Source of the DNA: Candidatus Multivoradales bacterium
Lineage (GTDB): Bacteria; Acidobacteriota; Thermoanaerobaculia; Multivoradales; J023
Length of the DNA: 64,000 nucleotides
Direction of reading: 5' to 3'
NCBI GenBank assembly: GCA_965248925.1
Contig: CBDFLE010000006.1
Location: 160,001 to 224,000, forward strand
The position numbers and the translations under genes are program-made. The notes under the pieces were generated by a model. That model did no database searches. It had not been told where the DNA came from and worked only from the letters and a program-made list of their open reading frames with translations. How positions within the stretch are numbered: the first letter of the stretch is position 1; each line of letters begins with the position of its first letter. Below are positions 27,595-37,172 of this stretch, piece by piece.

Positions 27595-30180
27595 ATGAGC
27601 CTTCGTAGCCTGCTTTCTACTCTTGTTCTGTCCCTCGTCACCGTAGTCGCAGCTTCCTCACTCGGCGCCCAGGTTCCGAGCTTCGCCGAGGTTACTGGCC
27701 ACCAACTTGGTGAGCGCATCACCCAGCATCACCAAACTCTGCGCTTCTTCGAGCGATTGGCGGCAACCTCACCGCGAGTGACAGTGGAGATTCAGGGCGA
27801 GACCTGGGAGGGCCGGCCGTTGCCGCTGGCGATCGTCACCTCACCGGCGAATCATGCCCGGCTGGCCGAGATTCGGGCGGGCGCGGCGCGCTTGGGAGGT
27901 GGCGAATCCGACGCGGACTTGCTCGCCTCACAGCCGGCGATCGTCTGGTTGGGAGGCTCGATACACGGCTTCGAGCTGTCCGGCACCGAAGGGCTGCTGA
28001 AGCTGCTGGAGCGGCTGGCGACGGCCGAAGACCCCGCCACGCTGAAGGCCCTCGACCAGACCGTGGTACTGATCGATCCTACCCTCAACCCCGACGGCCG
28101 CGACGCCTTTGCCCAGGCCAACGCCCAGCTCACCAGCCGTCAACCCAATCCGCGGCGGGATGATTGGAACAATGATTGGAGCCGCTGGGACGCCCTACGC
28201 TTCCGCACCGGACACTATTTTTTCGACAACAATCGTGACTGGTTTGCCCACACCCAGCCGGAGACTCGGTACCGGGTGCCGACCTGGGTCAGCTGGCGGC
28301 CGCAGGTAGTGATAGACGCCCACGAAATGGGATCCGATCAGGAGTTCTTCTTCGATCCACCCACCGCCCCCTTCGCCCCCCATTTCCCGGCCTTCGCCCG
28401 CCGCTGGTTCGAGCGCTTCGGCAGCGCCTACGCGGCAGCCTTCGACAGTGCTGGTTTCGAATACACGCAGCGCCAACTGTTCAACTACTACTACCCCGGC
28501 TACTCGACATCCTTCGGCAGTCACCAAGGAGCGGTGGGCATGCTTTACGAGCAGGGCAGCAGCCGCGGTCTGGCAATGGAGAGGGCCGATGGCTCGGTGC
28601 GCACCCTGGCCAACGCCCTCGAGCAACAGTACACCGCCGCCTGGACCGCGGTGCGAATAGCCGCCGACCAGCGGGCCGAGCTCTTGCGTGACTATGCCAA
28701 AAGCCGGCGCCAAGCGATCGCCAGCGGTCGGCAAGGCGTGCGGCGCTACTTCATCGGCGGCGGTGACCCCAACTTGCGCGCCGAACTGGCCAACATACTG
28801 CGCCGCGGTGGCATTGAGGTGCGCAGCTTGCGCCAGCCGACCCAACTAGAGGATCTGCGCGGCCGAGACGGCGCCGACTTGGGCGACTTCGAACTTGCCG
28901 CCGGCACCTTGGTGATCGATGCCGCCCAGCCCAACAGCGCCTTGATCCGCACCCTGCTAGAACCTGAAATCGAGATGCCTGCTGAATTTCTAGAAGCCGC
29001 CCGCCGACGCCTCGACCAGGGCGAGAACCCGCGCTTCTATGACATCACCGCCTGGTCCTTGCCCTTGCTCTTCAATCTTCAAGCCTGGAGCACCGAAGAC
29101 GACGGCCCGCTGAGCACCGACCCACTGCCCGAGGATCCCCGAGGCGCCATTGAACTACCGACCGCCGACGCCACCTACGCCTACATCTTCGATGGCAGCA
29201 GCGCCGCCTCGGTAGCCATAGCCCACCAGCTCAAACAGCTCGACTTCCGCGCCACCACCGCCGGACTGTCGACCCGGATCGACGACCGCGACATCCCCAG
29301 CGGCTCGGTAGTAGTGCGAGTGTCGCAGAACGAACCCACCGTGCATGCCGCCGTGCGCCAGTTGGCCGAACGCTACAAAGTCGATTTGTGGACCGTCACC
29401 AGTGGCGCTGGCCAGGACCAGCGACCGGCGTTGGGCGCGGTGGAGGGCTTGACCGTCCAGCGTGCGCGCATCGCCATCCTCAGCGATTCGCCGGTCAACG
29501 CTTACAGCTTTGGTTGGGCTTGGCACAAACTCGATCGGCAGTACGAGTTGCCTACCACCGTGCTACGCGCCGCCAGCCTGGCGGCAACCCCCCTCGACGA
29601 CTTCGACAGCTTGGTGATCCCCGACCTCAACTCAGCCGAAGCCCTCGCCGACCTGCTCGGTGAGAAGGGGCGCCAGCGGCTGAAGACTTGGGTCGAAGAC
29701 GGTGGCAACGTGGTGGCCCTCGGTCAAGCGGTTGATTTCGCCCGCCACCAGCTCGGCCTCGAGGCGCTGACCTCACCTCTCGACAGCGACGAGGGCGAGC
29801 AGGACAAACGCCGCTTCGCCGTACCGGGAGCCATCCTCCGTGCCGAACTGGACAGCGAAGATTGGATGACCGCCGGCTACAACAGTGACCAGCTGCCCTT
29901 CCTGATCTTCTCCGACCGGGTCTACAACGCTCCCACCGGCCCACCCAAGGCCGGTCAGAAAGTGATCGTCGCCTGCCCCGAGCAAGGCGATCCGCGCTTG
30001 TCGGGTCACCTGTGGCCCGAAAGCACCGAGATGCTGCGCGGCGCGGTGCTGGTCTACCGCCAGCAAGTTGGCCAAGGCCAGGTGATCGCTTTCGCTGAGG
30101 ACACCAACTTCCGCGGTTTCTGGCGTGGGACGGATCGGTTGTTCTTGAACGCGGTGGTGCTGGGGCCGAGCACGTTGTAA
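27595..30180 (+). CDS. M14 family zinc carboxypeptidase (large secreted type)
   Basis: Signal peptide, SIHGFE, NPDGR, DNNRDWF, DAHEMG, YEQ, FYDITAWSLPL. Confidence 0.92.
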   Translation: MSLRSLLSTLVLSLVTVVAASSLGAQVPSFAEVTGHQLGERITQHHQTLRFFERLAATSPRVTVEIQGETWEGRPLPLAIVTSPANHARLAEIRAGAARLGGGESDADLLASQPAIVWLGGSIHGFELSGTEGLLKLLERLATAEDPATLKALDQTVVLIDPTLNPDGRDAFAQANAQLTSRQPNPRRDDWNNDWSRWDALRFRTGHYFFDNNRDWFAHTQPETRYRVPTWVSWRPQVVIDAHEMGSDQEFFFDPPTAPFAPHFPAFARRWFERFGSAYAAAFDSAGFEYTQRQLFNYYYPGYSTSFGSHQGAVGMLYEQGSSRGLAMERADGSVRTLANALEQQYTAAWTAVRIAADQRAELLRDYAKSRRQAIASGRQGVRRYFIGGGDPNLRAELANILRRGGIEVRSLRQPTQLEDLRGRDGADLGDFELAAGTLVIDAAQPNSALIRTLLEPEIEMPAEFLEAARRRLDQGENPRFYDITAWSLPLLFNLQAWSTEDDGPLSTDPLPEDPRGAIELPTADATYAYIFDGSSAASVAIAHQLKQLDFRATTAGLSTRIDDRDIPSGSVVVRVSQNEPTVHAAVRQLAERYKVDLWTVTSGAGQDQRPALGAVEGLTVQRARIAILSDSPVNAYSFGWAWHKLDRQYELPTTVLRAASLAATPLDDFDSLVIPDLNSAEALADLLGEKGRQRLKTWVEDGGNVVALGQAVDFARHQLGLEALTSPLDSDEGEQDKRRFAVPGAILRAELDSEDWMTAGYNSDQLPFLIFSDRVYNAPTGPPKAGQKVIVACPEQGDPRLSGHLWPESTEMLRGAVLVYRQQVGQGQVIAFAEDTNFRGFWRGTDRLFLNAVVLGPSTL

Positions 30181-30184
30181 GGGA

Positions 30185-30226
30185 ATCGATATATGATCAC
30201 AGACCCCTCGATGGTCATATATTGAT
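30185..30226 (+). other. AT-rich 15-bp stem-loop just after the M14 peptidase stop
   Basis: atcgatatatgatca/tggtcatatattgat pair fully with two G-U wobbles; 12-nt loop. Confidence 0.5.
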
Positions 30227-30344
30227 GGTCATATTTCCTCTGCATCGCCCCGACGGGGCGGTCTCCCGCGAACAGAAGACCACCCAAACCAAGTGAGTCA
30301 CAAATTCTTAGTCGACCAGCTGACACGATTCGGAGAGCGCCTGA

Positions 30345-30692
30345 TCAGCCGCACTCATCGAGCGGCCTCCAGCTGTCCCAGCAGGGCACCGAATCGGTCA
30401 CCTCCTGGCCACCACTGACTGGCCGCAACGCGCCAAATTTCTCACAGGCATGTGCCATCAGATGGTGTGCCGCAGCCAGGGATGGCGATCTGGTTAGGGC
30501 TTTTGTAAAATCTGTGGTCGCGGGCCGGGCGCCCGTCCATGCTTGAGCGAGGATTATTAACACAATGATCGGAAGACCTGTTCTTAGCCCTCGCGGATTT
30601 GGCAGAGACACAGGCAGCGGGCTGACCGTCGCATTCCGTGCCAAGGCTCGATTGACAGCTGAATCCCTCAGGGTGTTGTCATTAGTCCTCAC
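30345..30692 (-). pseudogene. Possible degenerate TPR-containing gene remnant
   Basis: ATTDFTKALTRSPSLAAAHHLMAHACEKFG resembles a single TPR; atypical composition. Confidence 0.3.
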
Positions 30693-31290
30693 CTGCTTTC
30701 ATTCACAATTCCAACTTTCGAAGCAGCCCCGGATCACCCACGGGGATCGGCAGAATCGGCCAGCGGACAGCATCGGGGAACCCTCCCGGCGCGGCGGAAC
30801 AAAGCTGGGGATCGCCTGCCAGTAGCAGGCTCCGCCATTGACGACCTGCTTGGTTCAGTAGTCGCCAGGAGTGCTAATTTGGTTTACAAATCACCCAAAG
30901 AGATGTCTTCGGGTTCGCCACTACAGATCTTGATACTCGGAATCTCGCCGGCCTTCAAACAGAACTCAGTCACCACAGAGCTACCAGCAGTCCCACGGGG
31001 TCGCCGGGTCTGATCGATATTGAGTCCGTGGTCGAAGGGATAAGTTTCCAGCGAGCTAAGAGCTTATGGCAAGAGTCGAGTCGCGCTGCAAGCAGCGCTT
31101 TGAGGCCAGATCTGCGTTGCGGGATCTAGAAATATCACCGCTAGTCCTGCACTCTCGCGCCTTGGTATGACCCCAATTCACTCGCTCTCGCCTGCGTCTG
31201 GCCTTCACCACTGGCTCCTGGGTCATCCGTGACTCTCTTGAGCTGACAGGCCTGAGCAGCCGTGGAGATTGGTTCACTCCTCTGTTGCCG

Positions 31291-32061
31291 CTAGCCAGGC
31301 TCGCGACGGCAGAAGCTCCAGCTAGCAACCGCTGCAAACAACAACCCACCCCCGGCGCCAGCGATGGCCCAGCGGGGCTCGAGTTCGCCCGCGGCCAGAC
31401 CGCGAACCGCTGCTACTGGCCATGCCCAAGGGTGGTAGCGCTCCAGGTCGGCACCCACCGAACGGACGGCCAGCATCGAGATCGACGCCACTAGGCCAAG
31501 GCCGATCGGCAGCACGAAGTCGGTGCGCAGCAATGACACCCAGGTCAGAATGGCGAGCAGAAAACAGGCCGCCAAACAGAGGCTTATTAAGCCTTGAAAA
31601 TAGAGTCCCCAGGGCGGTGCGGCTGAGAATCCGACTTCTGGCAGCTGCCAAGCGAGCAGCCAACCCACCCCCAAGACACCGACCAGCAGCAGGGTGGAAC
31701 TCACCACCATCAGCAAAAAGGCGATCAGCTGTTTGGCGGCATAGATCTGCCACCGTGGCAGACCCAGGGAAAACAGCCGCACCAAACCCCGCGATCGATG
31801 CTCGATGGCCGCTAGCAAAGCGCACTGCAACGCGACCGCCAACGGCAAGACCACCATCGCCCAAACACCAAAAGCCCCATCGCCGAGCCAACTCCAAGAG
31901 CGCATCTGGCCAGAACGCAGCAGCCGCGTTCCAGTGTCCGAGAGAGCAAAGGCAAGCAGGGCGGCGATCACGATCCATGGAGCCAACAGAGCTACCATCA
32001 AGGCCGAGCTGCGCCGCACCTTGAGCCATTCGGCAGACAGCAACCGTGCAAGAGTCCTCAC
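31291..32061 (-). CDS. ABC-2 permease (lantibiotic/bacitracin immunity MutE/EpiE-like)
   Basis: GTG start; LSAEWLKVRRS, AAIEHRS, PRWQIYAAK, HPWAWP; about 6 TM helices. Confidence 0.8.
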   Translation of the reverse strand: MRTLARLLSAEWLKVRRSSALMVALLAPWIVIAALLAFALSDTGTRLLRSGQMRSWSWLGDGAFGVWAMVVLPLAVALQCALLAAIEHRSRGLVRLFSLGLPRWQIYAAKQLIAFLLMVVSSTLLLVGVLGVGWLLAWQLPEVGFSAAPPWGLYFQGLISLCLAACFLLAILTWVSLLRTDFVLPIGLGLVASISMLAVRSVGADLERYHPWAWPVAAVRGLAAGELEPRWAIAGAGGGLLFAAVASWSFCRREPG

Positions 32062-32711
32062 TCTGGAGCCTCCTCGGTAAGCTCGAGAAGCATCTTCCAG
32101 CGACGGCCGAGAGGCACTCAGATGATGCACCTCGACCCCTCCGTCAACCATTTGCTGGCAGACCTCGCTCGCTGCCTGATGACCCTCGGCCTGAATCCGC
32201 CAGCGGCCATCGGCCGCCAACTCCCATTGCCAGCCGGCGGCATCGAGTAGGCTGCCAACCCGCTCCGCTGGACTGGCGCCGAGCATTAGCGCGGGTCGAC
32301 GGTCGGGCAACTCATCAGTGCGGCCGACAAAGCACAGCCGCCCGCTGCGAATCACCGCCAGCCGGTCGGTATTTTTTCGACCTCGGCCAACAGATGACTG
32401 GAGAGAAGAACCGTCACTCTGCCATTGGCGGCCAGCGAGCCAATCAGATCGCGAATCTCGCGAATGGCGGCTGGATCGAGCCCGTGGGTGGGTGCGTCGA
32501 GAATCAGCAGCTCGGGCTCGGCCAGCAGCGCCAAACCCAGACCCAGTCGCTGCCGCATACCCAACGAATACTCGCCTGCCCGGCGATGGGCGGCAGCGGT
32601 CAGGCCCACAAGGTCGAGAACCGCGTCGACCCGCACTGGCGCCAGTCCCAACAGCCGCCGCTGGATCTCCAGGTTCTGGCTCTCGATGGCGTATTCGGCG
32701 GGACGGCTCAC
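32062..32711 (-). pseudogene. Degenerate ABC ATP-binding subunit (BcrA/LanF-like)
   Basis: YSLGMRQRLG and LSSHLL present; Walker A missing; Walker B reads LILDAPT; frameshift near 32355; tail reads in frame into the permease. Confidence 0.8.
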
Positions 32712-33871
32712 CCCGACGCCTCCAGAGTTATCGCTACCTGCGCTCGCGCCTGCAACCAGGCGCGGATCTTCTCAAGAGCCTGAGGCGCTAGAGTCAGATC
32801 GATGTCGGCGTATTCGGCCGGTAAACCGGTCTCCGCTGGCTGTAAGAGGTGATTGAGACCCGGCAAAACAACCAGCTCGACATCGCTGAGCTCGGCCTCG
32901 GCCAAGGCTGCTTCCACCGCCGAAAAATGCAAGTCGGGTAGCACCTGCAGATCAAGCCCACCCCAGATCGCCAACACAGGCTGGCTCAATCGGGCCAGGA
33001 AAGGACGCGGGTCGTGCTCCAATTGATCGCCCATGGCGGCTGACAACAGCACATCGATCTGCGCTTCGAGACGGCTCTCAGCCCCCACCCAAGCGCCGGC
33101 CGAAGCGCCGCCTAGCTGGGCTAAGCGCCGGCTCACCCGCCGCAGCTGCTGACGTTTGCTGTTCTCGTCGAGCACCGAGATTCGCAGCGCCAAAGCCTCC
33201 TCGAGCAAGCGCCGGCTTGCAGCCAGAGTTGGCTCATCGACACCCGCCACGCGACCGATCAATACATTCTGCTCCACCAGGGTCTGCTCGCCCGGCAAGC
33301 CAGGGGGCGACACCAAGACCACTCACGAAACCGCGGAGTCCTCGGCGGCGACCTGCGCCGCCACCAAGCTTCCCTGGCTGGCCCCGAGTAGACCGATCCG
33401 CTGTCCGTCTATCCGCGACAGATCTCGCAGCGCAGCGAGCGCCGCATGGGTATCGGCGGCTAAATCCGCCAGCGTCGCGGTCGAAGAATCCCCCTGCGAA
33501 TCTCCCACACCGCGGTCGTCGGTGCGCAGCACGGCAATACCCGCGCGGCTGAGGTAATCAGCCAGCACTAGATAGCGCCGATGGCCAGCCAGCGTACCGT
33601 CGCGATCCTGCGCGCCGGCACCGGAGATCAGCAGCACTGCTGGAAAGGGTCCCGGTCCCGGCGGCAAGGTCAACCTACCGGCCAGGCGCAGGTCACCACT
33701 AGCGAAGGTCAGCGGAACTGAGCTGTAGGGAAAAGGCGGACTCGGCTCTTGCGGTCGCGGCCAAACGCCGGGCATTGTGGGCTCCAACCACTGCGCTAGG
33801 CAGTAGATCAGCACCACCGCCCAAGGTAGCAGAGCGGCTTCTCTCGACAGGGATCGAGGATAGAGACTCAT
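32708..33871 (-). pseudogene. Alpha/beta hydrolase with a premature stop
   Basis: RPQEP, ISGAGAQDRDG, DDRGVGDS, GASQG, DLQV, LNHLLQ, all in one frame, interrupted by an in-frame TGA at 33323-33325. Confidence 0.85.
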
Positions 33872-33970
33872 CTACTGCGACTTACGTCTCGCGCCAGCAA
33901 CCTGTCCAAGCTCACGGATCAAGCATCGGGGTCGGACGGGGTGCCTGGCACTTAGTCGACAGCAGCGCAA

Positions 33971-34116
33971 GACTCGACGACGAAGACAGGCTGAGGGCCG
34001 GAAACGAGGGTGACGAACAACCCTCCTTGGTCTTCTCCGATCGGGTCTAAAAATCCCCCGACGGCCCACCCTGCTCTTGATGCGGTGGTGTTGGGGCCGA
34101 GCGCGCTGTAAGGGAA
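33971..34116 (+). repeat. Degenerate direct copy of the 3' end of the M14 peptidase gene
   Basis: Aligns by eye to ~29845-29946 (gacagcgaag...tcttctccgaccgggtcta...ggcccaccc) joined to 30140-30185 (tgttcttgaacgcggtggtgctggggccgagcacgttgtaagggaa). Confidence 0.85.
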
Positions 34117-34323
34117 AGAGAACGGATCCGCTTTCCAGCGCAAAGCTCCGAGCAAACCCCGGTCAAGCAGCACCTCCCAAGCCAGGCTGCCCTGCAAACT
34201 AGCTACTGAGCGAGCTCGCACCGGACGCGCTATACTTGATACGAGGGAAGGTCACTTTCGTAGCCTCCAGGCACCGTTGATCAGCCGTCGACCCGCGAGC
34301 CGCGCACTCTAGGATCCTTACTC

Positions 34324-35667
34324 ATGCGACAGACCCGAGCAACTGATCCGCAGAATGCGTACTGGGCCTTCGACCCATTCGCATTGGTCAAGCCAGGTGA
34401 ACCATGGTTCGAGGACCTCTCCGCGAGCCTCGCTGACCATCGTTATGGTCTAGGTGCCAGACTCTCGAAGCATCTGCAACCGGCGCCGAACGCACCCGAC
34501 TTCGTCCAGGTGGCCATTCTTGGACAGAGCGGTGTCGGCAAGACGACCCAAGTTCACGGGGCGATCGGGAAGATGCCCAAGGAAGAGATTTTCCCGGTGG
34601 TCATCGATGCCCTGACCGAACTCGATCCCGCCGACCTCGACTTCGCGGACATCCTCTTCACCCTGGCTCGCTCTGTCCTCGTCGAGCTTCAAGAACACGA
34701 GATCGATGTGCCGAGCGATGCGGCGGAGCTGTTGGAGACGTATTTCGCGGACGAGACTTACGTCAAGACAACTGGCCACAGTAAGTCTGCGGGACTCGAG
34801 ATCGCGGCAGAGGCCTCCGGCGGCGTCCTTTTTATCGGTCGGCTGCTAGGCCGCTTCCAGGCGAGCATGAAGGCGGAGAGCGACTACCGACGCGAGATCC
34901 GCAGGGTTGTGCAGCGCGATCCAAAAGAACTCATCCGGAGGGTCAACTTCCTTCTTGACGAGGCGACCAAGGCAGTCCGGAAGCGGCTCGGCAAGCAATG
35001 TCGCCTGCTGGTCGTGATCGACAATCTAGAAAAGTTCGAGCAGCGTGAGATCGTCGAACGGGCGGTGATCAGCCGCGCTAGTGAGCTGCGCGATTTGCGC
35101 TGTCACCTGGTGGCCTTCCTGCACCCGGCAGACCTCTATGCGCCGCGAACCATCTCGGCCAGTGCCGCGTTTCAGAAAGTGATCTGCGTGCCGGCGCTGC
35201 CGGTCCGCGAACGTGCCGATGCACCCGACACCATCGATCCGGCATGCATCAAGGCGGTGCGTGCTCTCCTGGAACGGCGGGTCGAGGTCGACGCGATCTT
35301 CGAAGACGGCGAGGCAGCGGTAACAGCTCTCCTCCAGCACTCGGGCGGCCATCTGCGAGACCTTCTCGCCATTGCCCGCGAGGCCTGTGAGCTGTTCACT
35401 GGTTCGAAGGTCGGGCTGGCGGAGATCGATGCTGCGGCCCGCAGCCTGAGCCGGATACACAATGCGAAGATCCGACCCGGCGATTGGCAGCGTCTGCACG
35501 CCATTGCCGAGACCAAAGATATCGTCAACGATCAGGTCGATGCCTACCTGCTGCTCCATCTGTTGGTCCTCGAGTACAACGGCGAAACTTGGTGGGATGT
35601 GCATCCGTTCGTCAGGCTTGATCGACGCTTCGACCCTGACTCGCCACCCAGCCAACTGGCGACATGA
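34324..35667 (+). CDS. P-loop ATPase (AAA/STAND-related)
   Basis: GQSGVGKTT Walker A, LVVIDNLEK Walker B, SGGHLRDLL, C-terminal LEYNGETWWDVHP. Confidence 0.85.
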   Translation: MRQTRATDPQNAYWAFDPFALVKPGEPWFEDLSASLADHRYGLGARLSKHLQPAPNAPDFVQVAILGQSGVGKTTQVHGAIGKMPKEEIFPVVIDALTELDPADLDFADILFTLARSVLVELQEHEIDVPSDAAELLETYFADETYVKTTGHSKSAGLEIAAEASGGVLFIGRLLGRFQASMKAESDYRREIRRVVQRDPKELIRRVNFLLDEATKAVRKRLGKQCRLLVVIDNLEKFEQREIVERAVISRASELRDLRCHLVAFLHPADLYAPRTISASAAFQKVICVPALPVRERADAPDTIDPACIKAVRALLERRVEVDAIFEDGEAAVTALLQHSGGHLRDLLAIAREACELFTGSKVGLAEIDAAARSLSRIHNAKIRPGDWQRLHAIAETKDIVNDQVDAYLLLHLLVLEYNGETWWDVHPFVRLDRRFDPDSPPSQLAT

Positions 35668-37142
35668 CCACCAGCCCGTCCCCCCCACGGAGCGAGTACG
35701 AGCGGCTACTACGCTTTGTCGTCACCCCTGGAAGACGCTTCGGACTTCTCGCAGCATGTGTCAACGACTCACGCCGCGAGGCAGAGCTACGGCAAGCAGC
35801 GATAGCGGATGCAGAGAAAGCGGGGGTCGCCGTCGCCGAGCTTGACCTCCGCGATCTTGAACCAAGCACGGACGTGTTGGGTACCCTCGAACAGGCCCTT
35901 CGGAACACCGCGGCGCCGGTTCTCTTCATCCGTGAGGCCGATCGTCTGGCGCCATCCTCGGGGAGCAAACACTACGCCCAAGCGTTGAATTTCGCCCGCG
36001 ACCGCCTTCCCAAACTCCTGCCAGCCCGCATCGTGCTCTGGATGTCGGCGGAAGGACGAACTCGCCTCGCACAAGCGGCGCCTGACCTTGCCAACATCAT
36101 CCTCTCGACCCTTGTATTCCCCACCTCGACCGAGGGGCCACCCGAGCCGATGCTCCATCGGCTCGGCGAAGAGACAGCCTGGTATACCCGCCCTCTCGGG
36201 AGTGGCGATTCCACGGCGCTTGCTGAGCAGAGTCTGCTTGCGAGAGTGGTGGCCAATCCCGAGACCTCGGTCGATGCACGACTCGACGCCGGTCTCAGAA
36301 TCGCCGAGATAGATGCCGCAAGAGGCGAATTCACCAGGGCTGTTGAGAGAGCTGTGCAGATAGTCGAACTAGCGCAAGAGAACGATCGATCGAAGCAAAG
36401 GATCAGTGGGCTTTTTCTCCTTGCTGAAATAGCACACCGAACCGGCCGAACCTCGGAAGCGGTGAAGAACCAATCTGAAGCGCACCAAGAGATCGCGACA
36501 CTCCTCGAAGATGACCCGGAGTCTACGCCGCTCCAACGACTCTTGGCTGGGTCCCATTTAGAGATGGGTGACCTCTACAAAGACCTCGGACGGGGCGAGA
36601 AGGCCAGAATGGCTTTCATGAATGCTCTACAGATCGCCAAGCGCCTCGCCAACGCGGAACCCGATAGGGCTGACTTCCAACGCGACCTCTCCGTTTCTTT
36701 CGAGCGAGTAGGTGACATCTACGAAGACCTCGGACTGGGTGAGAAGGCCAGAGAGGCTTTCATAGATGCTCTACAGATCGCCAAACGCCTCGCCAACGCG
36801 GAGCCCGACAGAACTGACTTACAACGCGATCTCGCCATATCCCTTGAGAGAATGGCGGCGGTGAGTGAGGGCGCCGAGGCCGCTCGCTTCATCACCGAGG
36901 CCATCGCCCTTCGTCGGCGAGTGCTCGAACTCGCGCCAGATCAGGCGGTGCTGATTCGGGGACTCGGCATCGCCTTGTTCCAACATTACGAGCTGACCGA
37001 GCACCAGCCCTCACTCTCGGAAGCCGCCACTCTGCTGGTTGAACTGCGGCAACGTGACGCGTTGGAGGCCCGCTATCACGAGCTGGCCGACCAGCTCGCG
37101 CCGTACGCGGCCGCGGCAGCGACGGAGCAAGACAGGGACTGA
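35664..37142 (+). CDS. TPR protein with an N-terminal degenerate (inactive) P-loop/STAND-like domain
   Basis: ATGA overlap with the ATPase; N-domain VLFIREAD, ALNFARD, IVLW, APD without a Walker A; C-terminal 48-aa TPR units (RDLSVS..RVGD). Confidence 0.8.
   Translation: MTTSPSPPRSEYERLLRFVVTPGRRFGLLAACVNDSRREAELRQAAIADAEKAGVAVAELDLRDLEPSTDVLGTLEQALRNTAAPVLFIREADRLAPSSGSKHYAQALNFARDRLPKLLPARIVLWMSAEGRTRLAQAAPDLANIILSTLVFPTSTEGPPEPMLHRLGEETAWYTRPLGSGDSTALAEQSLLARVVANPETSVDARLDAGLRIAEIDAARGEFTRAVERAVQIVELAQENDRSKQRISGLFLLAEIAHRTGRTSEAVKNQSEAHQEIATLLEDDPESTPLQRLLAGSHLEMGDLYKDLGRGEKARMAFMNALQIAKRLANAEPDRADFQRDLSVSFERVGDIYEDLGLGEKAREAFIDALQIAKRLANAEPDRTDLQRDLAISLERMAAVSEGAEAARFITEAIALRRRVLELAPDQAVLIRGLGIALFQHYELTEHQPSLSEAATLLVELRQRDALEARYHELADQLAPYAAAAATEQDRD
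36567..36854 (+). repeat. Two tandem 144-bp TPR-coding repeats
   Basis: Units start at 36567 and 36711 (ggtgacMtctac...gctctacagatcgccaaRcgcctcgccaacgcgga) with high nucleotide similarity. Confidence 0.85.
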
Positions 37143-37172
37143 GGTCGGCGAAATCGGCGCTCCGCGAACAGG

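Noticed and set aside
30693-31290. Possible ncRNA or peptide precursor in the island's non-coding stretch
   Set aside because: No recognisable RNA family, convincing RBS-led ORF or repeat structure; most likely decayed DNA.
31291-32355. 354-aa permease with a novel N-terminal domain
   Set aside because: The extension is the frameshifted tail of the ABC ATPase pseudogene.
33323-33325. In-frame TGA as selenocysteine or genetic-code reassignment
   Set aside because: The position is not a catalytic Cys site, TGA is the normal stop in many genes here, and the neighbouring ATPase gene is also decayed.
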